A program made the translations under genes and the position numbers. The notes under the pieces are model-generated. The model had not been told where the DNA came from. It did no database searches and was given only the letters and a program-made list of their open reading frames with translations. From a bacterium (GTDB lineage Bacteria > Patescibacteriota > Minisyncoccia > Phycocordibacterales > UBA9973), in contig JBAXPX010000001.1 in NCBI GenBank assembly GCA_037132055.1, positions 5,424 to 69,423 on the forward strand: a stretch of 64,000 bases of DNA. The letters run 5' to 3'. Position 1 is the stretch's first letter; the number at the start of each line of letters is the position of its first letter. Below, piece after piece: positions 18,535 through 30,244 of the stretch.

Positions 18535-20490
18535 ATGAATGAAGAAAATAGTAAAATTCCCAATGAAATGAAAATAGTAACAATCATTCCCCTCAAAAGA
18601 GGCGTTTTCAGGGAGAATCTAACTTATTTTACTAACAAAAACGTAGAAAATGGAAATATAGTAAATGTTTCAGTTCGTGAAAAAAAGGTTTTAGGATTGG
18701 TTGTTTCAGTAGAAGAAGTAAATAATATTAAGTATGATATAAAAAATCTACACTTCAATTTAAAAAAAATTATTGATATAAAAGAACAATCAATATTCAC
18801 AAAAGAGTTCATAGAATCTGTATTTTTGATAGGAAAATATTTTGTATCAAAAAACAATAATTCTATGACTTCGCTAATACCAGCCATAATGAGAGAGGAA
18901 TATGACAAAATATCAAAATTTAAAAAAGAAACAAAAAGAATTGATCCGATTTCTTTTAAAAACGTAAAAACAGAAAAATTACTATTTCAAGCACAATTCG
19001 AAGATAGAATTTCTTTTTACAAAACTCTGATTCGTGGATCTTTTGCTCAAAAAAAATCTATTTTTATAGTACTACCAACAGAAAAAGATATTGAAGAATT
19101 TTCTAAACTACTTGAAAAAGGAATAGAGAATTTTGTAATTCCTATTCACGGAGGGTTTAGTCCCAAAAAACAATTAAAAAAAATAGAACAGATTATCAGC
19201 TCTGTTCATCCAATACTCGTACTGGGAACAGCCCCATACTTGTCTGTGCCACGTCAAGATTTCGAAACAATCATAATAGAACATGAAAATTCAAGTGCCT
19301 ATAAAATGATCGCAAGACCTCATTTTGATTTACGAACATATGTAGAAGTTTTTGCTTCAAAAATGGGAGCTAAACTAATACTGGGAGATTTCCTTCTTAG
19401 ATATGAAACGATCGCAAGAGTTGGGTTAGATAATTTTAGTGAAATACGCACTTTGTCATATAGAACTAATTTTAAGGGAGAAATAAAAACATCTGGGAAA
19501 GAAGACAAGTTTAAAGTTTTAACGGATGTAATTATAAAAGAAATTCAAAATACTATTTCAAAAAAAGAAAATGTTTTTATTTTTTCTTTAAGAAAAGGGC
19601 TGGCTACCATGACGATATGTAGAGATTGCAATGAACCAATTATGTGTGAAAAATGTTCTGCTCCACTTGTGTTATACATATCTCGTTACAGCAAAAAAAG
19701 AATGTTTATATGTAATAGATGCAAAGAAGAAAAAAGTCCTGAAACTACATGCTCAAATTGCAGAAGTTGGAACTTGACTCCCCTTGGCATAGGTACAGAT
19801 ACAGTATATGAAGAATTAAAAAAATATTTTCCAACAACTAAAATATTCAAATTGGATAAAGAATCTGCCAAAACAAACATGGGAGCAGAAAAGATAATGC
19901 AAGATTTTGAAGAAAACCAAGGGGCTATATTAGTAGGCACAGAAATGACCTTTTTTTATTTAAAAAATAAAATCCCACTTTCTGTAATAGCTTCTTTTGA
20001 TTCACTATGGAGTATCCCAAATTTTAGAATGAGCGAAAGAATAATCCAACTAATGATATCGGTGGTAAACAAAACCGATAAAAAACTTATAATTCAAACA
20101 AAAAATGAAAAAGACAGAGCCATAACTTCTCTCATAAATGAAAACCTGCTTTCTTTTGTTCGAGAAGAATTGAGCGACAGGAAACAATTAGAGTACCCGC
20201 CATATATGCGTTTCATTAAAATTACTCACTTAGGAGACAAAGAAAAAACAACAAATGCAAAAGCTTTGCTTGGAGAGTTATTAAAAGAATATAATCCTGA
20301 AATTTTTAGTGGATTTATTGCAAAAGAAAAGGGTAAATATTCCACAAACGCACTAATAAAACTTGATCCTAAAAAGTGGTCACTGCCGGAACTGTCAACT
20401 GGTTCTACTATTGATCAAAACCTTTTAGAAAAACTTTCTTCTCTTCCACTATCATTTTCAGTAAACATAGATCCAGAAGATTTGTTATAA
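18535..20490 (+). CDS. priA: Primosomal protein N' (PriA)-like protein with degenerate helicase motifs
   Basis: The N-terminal 3'-DNA-binding domain pattern and the PriA zinc motif CRDC…CEKC…CNRC…CSNC are present, as is the C-terminal region. The Walker A position reads VLPTEKD and DEEH reads IEHE. Confidence 0.5.
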   Translation: MNEENSKIPNEMKIVTIIPLKRGVFRENLTYFTNKNVENGNIVNVSVREKKVLGLVVSVEEVNNIKYDIKNLHFNLKKIIDIKEQSIFTKEFIESVFLIGKYFVSKNNNSMTSLIPAIMREEYDKISKFKKETKRIDPISFKNVKTEKLLFQAQFEDRISFYKTLIRGSFAQKKSIFIVLPTEKDIEEFSKLLEKGIENFVIPIHGGFSPKKQLKKIEQIISSVHPILVLGTAPYLSVPRQDFETIIIEHENSSAYKMIARPHFDLRTYVEVFASKMGAKLILGDFLLRYETIARVGLDNFSEIRTLSYRTNFKGEIKTSGKEDKFKVLTDVIIKEIQNTISKKENVFIFSLRKGLATMTICRDCNEPIMCEKCSAPLVLYISRYSKKRMFICNRCKEEKSPETTCSNCRSWNLTPLGIGTDTVYEELKKYFPTTKIFKLDKESAKTNMGAEKIMQDFEENQGAILVGTEMTFFYLKNKIPLSVIASFDSLWSIPNFRMSERIIQLMISVVNKTDKKLIIQTKNEKDRAITSLINENLLSFVREELSDRKQLEYPPYMRFIKITHLGDKEKTTNAKALLGELLKEYNPEIFSGFIAKEKGKYSTNALIKLDPKKWSLPELSTGSTIDQNLLEKLSSLPLSFSVNIDPEDLL

Positions 20491-20773
20491 ACAATGTTTA
20501 TAATTCCATAACTATTTGCAAGAAAAAATTCTTATGATATACTTTTAAGGTAATGTTTACAAGCCAGCAAAAACCAAATAATTGCATATTTGCTATTATT
20601 ATCGGCTTTATTAAAAGCCCGGTTTTTGTTGATAAAGTTTAGTAGACATAAAAACTAAAACAACCAACAAAGACCGGCCTAAAAGCCGATTTTTTTTGTT
20701 TTAGATTAGTTATTTGAAAAATATAATAATAGTCACTAAATAAAAATAAGTATTAACCAAAAACTTCAATCTT

Positions 20774-21217
20774 ATGGAAACAAAGGTGTGTTTACTACTT
20801 CATTTTGAACCTTCTAAAGTAGAATGGTGCAAGAATATATTATCAGGCAAAAATATACAGATAGATTTCTGTAGAACTATGTCTGAACTTCACGAAAAGG
20901 CTCCGAAAAAACATGATTTAGCTATCATAATAGGAGAAAAATTCCATCATATGATAGGTTCAGAAAAATTTAGTTATGTAGGAGAAGTTACTGATCTTTT
21001 ACTTATAAATAAAGTTGACTTCTTAATTCTTCACAACGAAAAACCTGACTCCCGTAAAATTCTTGATTTTTTAGAAGAATTACGAGAAAAAGAAAAAAAA
21101 CTTAAAGAAAAAACTCCCTTATTTCATGACCAAAGTAATATCCCTTGGCCAGAAATTGAATCACAATACCATGCAAATGATTATGGTGGGTGGGGTGTTA
21201 ATCCAAAAGTTTTTTAA
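20774..21217 (+). CDS. Hypothetical protein
   Basis: ORF followed by a strong terminator; no recognisable motif. Confidence 0.4.
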   Translation: METKVCLLLHFEPSKVEWCKNILSGKNIQIDFCRTMSELHEKAPKKHDLAIIIGEKFHHMIGSEKFSYVGEVTDLLLINKVDFLILHNEKPDSRKILDFLEELREKEKKLKEKTPLFHDQSNIPWPEIESQYHANDYGGWGVNPKVF

Positions 21218-21220
21218 ACA

Positions 21221-21256
21221 AAAGCCTTCCTTTTCAGGGAAGGCTTTTTTATTTTA
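21221..21256. terminator. Bidirectional intrinsic terminator (AAAGCCTTCC-ttttcag-GGAAGGCTTT + T-run)
   Basis: 10-bp perfect stem flanked by T/A runs between convergent genes. Confidence 0.6.
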
Positions 21257-21946
21257 TGATACTAAAACCGTAAACTCCCCTTTTTGTTTTACTGGATTTT
21301 TTGTGAGATAGTCTAAAAGACTAGCTGGGCTATCTGTTTTAAACTCTTCATAAATTTTTGTTATCTCTCGAGCAATACAAACTTTTTTATCAGGGCAAAA
21401 TTTATTTAGAGATTCTAATGTTTTTAAAATCCTATGTGGCGATTCATAAAAAATCATCGTTCTCTTTGCCTCTGCTATTTCTTTAAATAAAGTTTCTCTG
21501 CCTTTTTTATGCGGTAAAAATCCTAAAAATGTAAATTCATGAGTTGTAAGACCTGAGGCAGAAAGTGCGGCTATTATAGCAGTCGCACCTGGAATCGGGA
21601 TAATATTAACTTCTTGTGAAGGACCGTCCTTCACAAGATATTTTTCTCGTATTTTTGAAATGAGAATCGCACCCGGATCGGAAATTGTCGGTGTTCCAGC
21701 ATCAGATACAAGTGCTAGATTTTTTCCTTCTTTTAGTAATTCAAAAATTTTATCTGTTTTAGATATTTTGGATTGTGCATGATAACTCATTGTCGGCTTA
21801 TTTATGGAATATTTATCAAGTAACCTTTTAGTTATTCTAGTGTCCTCACAAAGTATCAAATCCACACTTTTAAGCGTCTCCACTGCCCTATATGTAATAT
21901 CACCCATATTGCCTATCGGCGTCGCCACAACGTAAAATTTAGACAT
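21254..21946 (-). CDS. rsmI: 16S rRNA 2'-O-methyltransferase RsmI
   Basis: FYVVATPIGNMGDITYRAVETLKSVDLILCEDTR. The CDS carries a 25-bp in-frame palindromic insertion at 21613-21637. Confidence 0.8.
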   Translation of the reverse strand: MSKFYVVATPIGNMGDITYRAVETLKSVDLILCEDTRITKRLLDKYSINKPTMSYHAQSKISKTDKIFELLKEGKNLALVSDAGTPTISDPGAILISKIREKYLVKDGPSQEVNIIPIPGATAIIAALSASGLTTHEFTFLGFLPHKKGRETLFKEIAEAKRTMIFYESPHRILKTLESLNKFCPDKKVCIAREITKIYEEFKTDSPASLLDYLTKNPVKQKGEFTVLVS

Positions 21947-22030
21947 GTTTTTTAGTATATCAGAAATAGTTTACCTTGACAATTAAAATTAACATGATAC
22001 CACAACACTGAACATCTAAAACAAATAAAT

Positions 22031-22294
22031 ATGGAGAAAAAAACATTGGACATTGCGATAAAAACTATCGCAGATCAACATGTCGAGCGAATGCTCGAGA
22101 TGTATAAAGAGACCATGAATGATAAGGAAGAGTTACGACAGGAAATAATGTGGGGTGCAGAAAAAGTAGGCTGTTCATTTAATGAATACGCAGAATTTAT
22201 GCACCTTGTGATACAAGAAACAAAAAAAGAGCTGGTCAAAAGGATCGAAGACTTTGAAAAAAAAGTAGCAGGTCTTGGAATGATCAGTGTTTAA
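22031..22294 (+). CDS. Hypothetical protein (87 aa)
   Basis: ORF followed by a terminator hairpin (AGCCCG…CGGGCT + T8) at 22300-22335. Confidence 0.35.
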   Translation: MEKKTLDIAIKTIADQHVERMLEMYKETMNDKEELRQEIMWGAEKVGCSFNEYAEFMHLVIQETKKELVKRIEDFEKKVAGLGMISV

Positions 22295-22347
22295 AGTATC
22301 GTATCATGTAAATCATAAGCAGCCCGAGCACAAACGGGCTGTTTTTT

Positions 22348-22629
22348 TTATTCTTTTATTAAATCTGTCAGAATTACAACATGACTTTCAGGGCGAACTT
22401 CGAGAACTCCGCCGGAAACTTTAAATTTTTTACTTGTCCTGAGTGGATTCGAAGGATCTTCAATTCCAGTTTTTAAAACAAGTTCACCATCTGCGATAGC
22501 TGACACAAGTTGTGTATGATTCGGCAAAATTTCAACAATACCAGTTTTTGTCGGCACAAATACTGCCTCTGCTTCCCCTTCATAAGCAATCTTATCTTTG
22601 CCGATAATTGTAACCTTTAGTTTTGACAT
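22348..22629 (-). CDS. atpC: ATP synthase epsilon chain, short form (beta-sandwich domain only)
   Basis: MSKLKVTIIGKDKIAYEGEAEAVFVPTKTGIVEILPNHTQLVSAI. It is 93 aa against the usual ~135 aa and lacks the C-terminal helical hairpin. Confidence 0.8.
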   Translation of the reverse strand: MSKLKVTIIGKDKIAYEGEAEAVFVPTKTGIVEILPNHTQLVSAIADGELVLKTGIEDPSNPLRTSKKFKVSGGVLEVRPESHVVILTDLIKE

Positions 22630-22630
22630 T

Positions 22631-24025
<1,395 letters not shown>

Positions 24026-24038
24026 TTAATAATAATTT

Positions 24039-24980
24039 TTAATTTGTATTTAAAGCTTCTGCTCCGGCAACTATTTCGGAAAGCTCGCGTGTTATACCAT
24101 CTTGTCTTGCATGATTATAAGAGAGCATAAGTCCCTCTAATATCGTGGTAGCACTATCTCCTGCATTCTTCATTGCAAACATTCTGGCAGAATGCTCTGA
24201 CGCGAATGCTTCAGCAAGAGTCTGATAAACGACTACATCTACAAGTCCTGGCAAAATTCCATCCAATATTGTCTCTAAATCTGGTTCAAATTTATAATCG
24301 TGAAATTTATTATTTTCTTCTTTTATGTCTGCTTCTTCGCCAGAAACATCTATAACATTTTTAACTGTCATTGGACTTATCGGGAAAAGTTCTCTTATTA
24401 CTGGCTTGTAAGTCGTGGACTTCAAAAATTCAGTATATAAAATTTTTACACTAGCATAATCACCTTCTATATATTCTTTTGTAACTAAATTACTTAATTC
24501 TTTTGTTTGTTCTATGGTTGAATATTCAGAAAAAGTTATAAAACTTGCGAAAAGCGGTATGTCCAATTTTTTACAAATTTTCTCACCATATTTACCGATA
24601 GTCACCGCTTTCGTCTCTCTGCCTCTTGATTCTTCCTTTTTTAAATATAAAGACAATGCTCGAAAAAGGTTTGCATGATATCCACCACAGAGGCCTTTAT
24701 TGCTTGTAATTACAACAATCAATTCTTTGTTTGATTTTCCTGCCACCCCGCCGACGCCAAGGCTTTGGCGGGCACGCATCAAAGGATGTGAGATATCTTT
24801 TTGACTTGATAAATTGACTAAAAGCTCCAAAGCATATCTTGAATATGCTCGCGATGCAAGAGCTTTGTCCACTGCTCGGCGCATTTTGGAAATAGAAACC
24901 ATCTCCATCGTTTTGGTGATTTTCTTAATGTTTCCAACTGACTTTATTTTTTGTTTTATAGCTTTTGTTTGAAGCGGCAT
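24039..24980 (-). CDS. atpG: ATP synthase gamma chain
   Basis: Position within the operon, length, and the C-terminal ITRELSEIVAGAEAL. Confidence 0.85.
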   Translation of the reverse strand: MPLQTKAIKQKIKSVGNIKKITKTMEMVSISKMRRAVDKALASRAYSRYALELLVNLSSQKDISHPLMRARQSLGVGGVAGKSNKELIVVITSNKGLCGGYHANLFRALSLYLKKEESRGRETKAVTIGKYGEKICKKLDIPLFASFITFSEYSTIEQTKELSNLVTKEYIEGDYASVKILYTEFLKSTTYKPVIRELFPISPMTVKNVIDVSGEEADIKEENNKFHDYKFEPDLETILDGILPGLVDVVVYQTLAEAFASEHSARMFAMKNAGDSATTILEGLMLSYNHARQDGITRELSEIVAGAEALNTN

Positions 24981-25001
24981 TCTAATTTTTTATTTTTAAA
25001 A

Positions 25002-26489
25002 TTAATTCCCCATAAATTCCTTAATTGCGTTCTTTAATAAGTCCTCTATTTCTGGTGTCCAATCTTTTTCTATTTTCGCAAGCATATCTTTCTTTGATCT
25101 ATCTAAGAATGCATAGAAATTCTCTTCCCAAGCTTTGATTTCTGTAATCTCTAACTCATCCAAATATCCTTCGTTAACTGCATAAACAGAACAAACTTGT
25201 TTAGCTACCGGGATTGGAGAATATTGATTCTGTTTCAAAAGTTCTGTAACTCTTTTCCCTCTGTTAATAGCTTTTTTTGTTTCAGGATCAAGATCAGAAT
25301 CAAACTGGGCAAAAGATTCAAGTTCACGATATTGAGCCATTGCCAATTTCATTTTGCCGGCAACTTTTTTCATAGACTTAATTTGAGCTGAAGATCCTAC
25401 GCGAGATACAGAAAGTCCTACGTTAATAGCTGGACGAATTCCTTTGTTAAATAAACTTGTTTCCAAGAAAATTTGTCCATCGGTAATAGAAATAACGTTT
25501 GTAGGAATATAAGCCGACACATCACCAGCTTGAGTCTCAATAATAGGTAGTGCTGTAATCGAACCACCTCCATAATTTTTATTTAAACGACATGCACGCT
25601 CCAATAAACGAGAATGTAAATAGAAAACATCTCCAGGATAAGCTTCGCGACCTGGTGGACGGCGAAGTAGGAGAGAAATTTCTCGATATGCTACGGCATG
25701 TTTTGATAAATCATCATAAATAATTAAAACATCTTTCCCTTTATCTAGGAAATATTCTCCAAGTGCGCATCCAGAATACGGAGCAAGATATGAAAATGCG
25801 GGACCGTCAGACGATCCAGCTGAAACTATAATTGTGTAATCCATTGCTCCTGCTTCTTTTAGTTTTGAAACTATACGCGCGATTTTAGATTGCTTTTGTG
25901 AAATTGCTACATAAATACAAATAAGGTTTTGTCCTTTTTGATTTATTATAGTGTCGATAGCTATAGCTGTTTTACCAGTTTGTCTATCTCCGATAATAAG
26001 CTCACGCTGACCACGGCCAATCGGAATCATGGCATCAATTGATTTTAACCCAGTCTGCACAGGAGTTTTTACAGGTTCACGAGTCATGACACCAGATGCG
26101 ATTTTTTCAACAGGATAAATTGCATCTTCTTTTATAGCACCACGTTCATCAATAGGAGCACCAAGAGGATTTACAACCCGACCGATGAATTTCTCACCGA
26201 CAGGAATAGAAAGAATTTTATTTGTTCGCTTTACGGTTTCCCCTTCTTTGATCTTAGAAAAATCTCCGAGAACAATAGCTCCCACGGAGTCTTCTTCTAA
26301 GTTGAGCGCAAGACCAACTGCACCAGACTCAAACGAGATCATTTCGGATGACTGACATTTTGTTAACCCTGAAATCTTTGCGATTCCGTCTGAAATACTC
26401 ATCACAGTACCATATTCATACATTTGGGCCCCACCTTGGAAACCTGCAATTCTCTTTTTTAAATTTTCTATTGTTGTGTTTGCGCTCAT
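25002..26489 (-). CDS. atpA: ATP synthase alpha chain
   Basis: GDRQTGKT P-loop. Confidence 0.9.
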   Translation of the reverse strand: MSANTTIENLKKRIAGFQGGAQMYEYGTVMSISDGIAKISGLTKCQSSEMISFESGAVGLALNLEEDSVGAIVLGDFSKIKEGETVKRTNKILSIPVGEKFIGRVVNPLGAPIDERGAIKEDAIYPVEKIASGVMTREPVKTPVQTGLKSIDAMIPIGRGQRELIIGDRQTGKTAIAIDTIINQKGQNLICIYVAISQKQSKIARIVSKLKEAGAMDYTIIVSAGSSDGPAFSYLAPYSGCALGEYFLDKGKDVLIIYDDLSKHAVAYREISLLLRRPPGREAYPGDVFYLHSRLLERACRLNKNYGGGSITALPIIETQAGDVSAYIPTNVISITDGQIFLETSLFNKGIRPAINVGLSVSRVGSSAQIKSMKKVAGKMKLAMAQYRELESFAQFDSDLDPETKKAINRGKRVTELLKQNQYSPIPVAKQVCSVYAVNEGYLDELEITEIKAWEENFYAFLDRSKKDMLAKIEKDWTPEIEDLLKNAIKEFMGN

Positions 26490-26501
26490 ATTTTTATAAT
26501 A

Positions 26502-26897
26502 TTATTTTATAATTAATTCTTCTAATTTTTTTAATCCTGTCATAACGCTAGAGTCATAAATAACTCCATTAAACTTTCCTCTGAATCCTCCTATTAATTC
26601 TTTTTTTATTTTTACTACTTCTGGTTTTCTTGAAACATCCGAGCCTGGTGAAATTTTTTCTAGAAAGCTTTTTATTTTATTCACAGTATCAGTAGATATC
26701 TCGTGGGCAACTTCTATTTGCACACCTTTCTTTTCAAGATCAAGTTGCACAATTCTTTCTAAGTGATAAAGAATAGATGGCATCTGTGCTTTTAAATTCC
26801 TTTTTTCTATAAAATCAAAAAATTTAGCATCAAGATTTTCAACCTTCTCGTTGGAAAGTTCAAATAATGCTTGTGCTAATTGTTTTGATTTAATCAT
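26502..26897 (-). CDS. atpH: ATP synthase delta (OSCP) subunit, short
   Basis: Operon position and an OSCP-like C-terminus; 131 aa. Confidence 0.65.
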   Translation of the reverse strand: MIKSKQLAQALFELSNEKVENLDAKFFDFIEKRNLKAQMPSILYHLERIVQLDLEKKGVQIEVAHEISTDTVNKIKSFLEKISPGSDVSRKPEVVKIKKELIGGFRGKFNGVIYDSSVMTGLKKLEELIIK

Positions 26898-27418
26898 TAT
26901 TTTACGGGTGAATTTAACATTGCTTTGATAATATCCTCTCCCTTACCTTTTTCTACGTAACCTTCGATAACCTTACGAACACCATCAGAAACTAAGACTG
27001 CAGCATCTTTGCGAACTTGTTCGTCTGCGTTCTTTTTTTCTTTTTCTGCATCAAGTTTTGCCTGCTTAATGATTTCTTCTTTTTCAGAAATAGCTTTATC
27101 TTTTGCTTCTTTTACTATCTCCTTGCCATCTGCTTGTGAAGTAGAAATTATTTGCTTTGCACTTTCTTTTCCTTCTCTGATGATTTCTTCTTTTTTGATG
27201 TTTGCATTTTGAACTTCGAGTTTTGCTTTTTCTGCATTATCTAGCCCATCAGTTATTTCCTTTGTTCTATCTTTCATTAATTTACTAAGTGGTTTTGCCG
27301 CCAACCAATAAATCAACGCAAAAACAAGCCCAAAGTTTACAATTTGTGCAATCATCAACTTCCAGTCTATATGAAATGTTGTTATTAATTCTTGCATGAT
27401 TTTTAATTCCAATTTCAT
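26897..27418 (-). CDS. atpF: ATP synthase b subunit
   Basis: A single N-terminal TM helix followed by a long charged helix. Confidence 0.75.
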   Translation of the reverse strand: MKLELKIMQELITTFHIDWKLMIAQIVNFGLVFALIYWLAAKPLSKLMKDRTKEITDGLDNAEKAKLEVQNANIKKEEIIREGKESAKQIISTSQADGKEIVKEAKDKAISEKEEIIKQAKLDAEKEKKNADEQVRKDAAVLVSDGVRKVIEGYVEKGKGEDIIKAMLNSPVK

Positions 27419-27419
27419 T

Positions 27420-27498
27420 TAAAATTAAAAATTTCAAGAGTCGTGGGTCCCCTTGTCCTTATGACTCCAAGGGCGAAGGCTCAGAAATTTTTGAATTT
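27420..27498. repeat. Copy 1 of a ~70-80 nt palindromic intergenic repeat (between atpF and atpE)
   Basis: Near-identical to 37212-37276 (core AAGAGTCGTGGRTCCCCTTGTCCTTATGACTCCAAGGGCGAAGGCTCAGAAATTTTTGA) and flanked by an AT-rich inverted repeat. Confidence 0.8.
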
Positions 27499-27509
27499 TA
27501 AAAGAAATA

Positions 27510-27815
<306 letters not shown>

Positions 27816-27846
27816 CTAATAATATTTCGACTAATTTTTAATAATT

Positions 27847-28734
27847 TTAAACACTTGCTAATACTTGATTCTCTTTATGTTCGTGCTCATCGTGTTCGGA
27901 ATGATCTTGTGATGCTATCGTAAAGTAAACCGTAGCGAGTAAAGAAAAAATCAAAGCTTGGATTAAGCCAACAAATATTTCTAAGAAAAGAAATGGTCCT
28001 GGCACAACGTATGCAAATATTGCCCCCATCGATACTAAAAGCACTTCCCCTGCAAATACATTGCCGAACAATCGAAAAGAGAGTGAAGCTATTTTTGCCA
28101 ATTCTCCTAAAAGCTCAAGAAGTCCGACAAAAAAAGTGATTGGCGCAACGATAAGCACGCTAGGGTCTTTTCTGATCTTAAATGGAATCTCTGCAAGTGC
28201 TTTCAAATTAACATATTTATTAAAGCTTTTCCATAAACCGACAACAATAATTCCAAATAGGTTTGACCCTATAACTACCATAATACTGAGTGCTAATGTA
28301 GTATTTATATCAGCTGTTCCAGAACGTAAAAATGGCACAAAGAAAGAATGCGCTCCTTCTGTCGCAACTAAACCTATTGACCCTAAAACAGGCAACAACC
28401 CAAGCCAATTATTTATTAAAATAAAAAGGAAAATAGAAAATATAAATGGAAAAATTTTCAAAGAAAGCTTTCTGTCATTCGTAACCTGATCACAAAGCGA
28501 TAATGCACCTTCCAAAACAACCTCAAACATATTTTGAAGTTTCCCTGGTATTTTTTTTAGTTTTAATCGTATTGCGAGAGCAAGTGCGAGTACTACAAGT
28601 ACTGCTAGCCAAGAAGTAAGAAGAGAGTTTGTTATTTGAAAATTACCTATATGAAAAATCGGCTCGGCATATATAGTCACTTCGTGACTAATTTCTTTTA
28701 CTACTGTGTTATTTTCTAAATTATTATTTGTCAT
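27847..28734 (-). CDS. atpB: ATP synthase a subunit
   Basis: Polytopic protein with the conserved region LSFRLFGNVFAGE. Confidence 0.85.
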   Translation of the reverse strand: MTNNNLENNTVVKEISHEVTIYAEPIFHIGNFQITNSLLTSWLAVLVVLALALAIRLKLKKIPGKLQNMFEVVLEGALSLCDQVTNDRKLSLKIFPFIFSIFLFILINNWLGLLPVLGSIGLVATEGAHSFFVPFLRSGTADINTTLALSIMVVIGSNLFGIIVVGLWKSFNKYVNLKALAEIPFKIRKDPSVLIVAPITFFVGLLELLGELAKIASLSFRLFGNVFAGEVLLVSMGAIFAYVVPGPFLFLEIFVGLIQALIFSLLATVYFTIASQDHSEHDEHEHKENQVLASV

Positions 28735-28984
28735 TTTTTTTTATTTTCAAATCCTTTTTATACTGATTTATTTCTCTGTAAATTCCAAAACAGGTTATCC
28801 CAAATCCGATCATTAAACAAATAAAAAATATAAATTGGCTTCCTATTGATTCACTAACATACTTTCCTAAAAAAACAGCTAAAATCAAAGGAATTATGAT
28901 CCAAGAGGTTGTTTTAACATAAAAAACAACCACGGGTTTCCATAAAGCCCAATTTTTATTTGAATTATTGCTATCTTGCTCCAT
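28724..28984 (-). CDS. Small membrane protein heading the atp operon (AtpI/AtpZ-like, putative)
   Basis: 86 aa with two TM helices, immediately upstream of atpB and overlapping its start. Confidence 0.35.
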   Translation of the reverse strand: MEQDSNNSNKNWALWKPVVVFYVKTTSWIIIPLILAVFLGKYVSESIGSQFIFFICLMIGFGITCFGIYREINQYKKDLKIKKNDK

Positions 28985-29046
28985 AAAAATAAAAGCCGTT
29001 CGGCTTTCACTTGCATTATATGATAAATATAATCAAGATGCAATTG

Positions 29047-29118
29047 TGAGCATGGAAGGAATCGGACCTTCGACCTCTGTCTTATCAGGACAGCGTTCTA
29101 CCACTGAACTACATGCTC
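29047..29118 (-). tRNA. tRNA-Ile (anticodon GAU)
   Basis: Reverse complement GAGCATGTAGTTCAGTGGTAGAACGCTGTCCTGATAAGACAGAGGTCGAAGGTTCGATTCCTTCCATGCTCA. Confidence 0.8.
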
Positions 29119-29260
29119 AAACTAAATGACAAGGAACCCTTTCTTAAAAGTCAGAACTTCTTTTTAAAAAATCGAAGCATAAAAAATATAACAAAAAAGA
29201 TACATTTAAGCAAACAAAAAATCGCCCTTAGGCGATTTTTTGTTTTAAAGTCTTTGAAAA

Positions 29261-29593
29261 TTAGTACTCTCGGCGACCACCGCGGTTTCCACCACCATAA
29301 CCACCATTTCCTCCTCCGAATCCACCAGTTCGTGGTGGACGAGCTTCCATTGGGCGAGCTTCATTTACTGTAAGCTTACGTCCTTCGAATTCTTGTCCAT
29401 TGAACATTGAGACAGCATTTTGTGCTTCTGCATCTGTTGACATTTCAACGAATCCAAAACCTTTTGAGCGACCGGACATTTTGTCCATGATAATCACAGC
29501 AGATGTAACGTTACCTGCTTGTGCGAAGTGCTCTTTTAAAGCATCCTCTTGAGTGCTGTAAGGGAGACCCCCTACGTATAGCTTTGTAGCCAT
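29261..29593 (-). CDS. RRM-type glycine-rich RNA-binding protein
   Basis: RNP1 KGFGFVEM, RNP2 LYVGGL, and a GGYGGGNRGG tail. Confidence 0.8.
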   Translation of the reverse strand: MATKLYVGGLPYSTQEDALKEHFAQAGNVTSAVIIMDKMSGRSKGFGFVEMSTDAEAQNAVSMFNGQEFEGRKLTVNEARPMEARPPRTGGFGGGNGGYGGGNRGGRREY

Positions 29594-29871
29594 TTTTAAT
29601 CTCTCCCGTTTTAATAAACGGGCAAAAACTATTTATAATGCGTAGGTGCTCTGACCGCTTACTTGGTTTCGTTGATGCCTGCCCTTCCGAAGCTTTACGC
29701 GAAGGAGGGCCAAACCATTCAAAACTCACAATTAAAACTTAAAAAGCTTATTGAGAAACTACCCTGCAATCGTAGCACAAATCTATAAAAATAGCAACAT
29801 CGTGTGTATAAATAAATATTAAATTATATAAAATAATAGCCCCGTTTGTGCTATGCACAAACGGGGCTTGT

Positions 29872-30147
29872 TTATTCTCTTTTTGATATTGCGTTTATCG
29901 CGCTAAAAATCAGCGCGAATATGAACACAGTGACCCCTGTGGTCACTAGGGTTGGGTTCACCAACTCCATTTTGGATATATTTACTCCTCCTCCAATAAG
30001 GAGGATAGAACACCCAAATGTGATCAAAATCCAGCCCCATGAGTGTTTTTGGGGATTGGGGTTTTTGTCATGTTTAAGGGCAATCAACACCCCTAAAATT
30101 AATAACCCTATCCCTAGGGCTACAACAACAGTACTCATGTTTATCAT
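29872..30147 (-). CDS. Small three-helix membrane protein
   Basis: Clean hydrophobic helices; the terminator hairpin at 29853-29879 follows its stop on the minus strand. Confidence 0.35.
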   Translation of the reverse strand: MINMSTVVVALGIGLLILGVLIALKHDKNPNPQKHSWGWILITFGCSILLIGGGVNISKMELVNPTLVTTGVTVFIFALIFSAINAISKRE

Positions 30148-30244
30148 ATTTTATTGTTTTTAAGGTTTCCGCAAAGAGTATATCACCTTTTACCTCATTT
30201 GTCAAGGTAGCCGTTATAATCTGAGCAAGGCAAGGCCTTGCTCA

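Noticed and set aside
29846-30163. Plus-strand 105-aa ORF overlapping the minus-strand 91-aa ORF.
   Set aside because: The minus-strand product has clean transmembrane helices, and its stop is followed on its own strand by the 29853-29879 terminator. The plus-strand translation has low-complexity, atypical composition.
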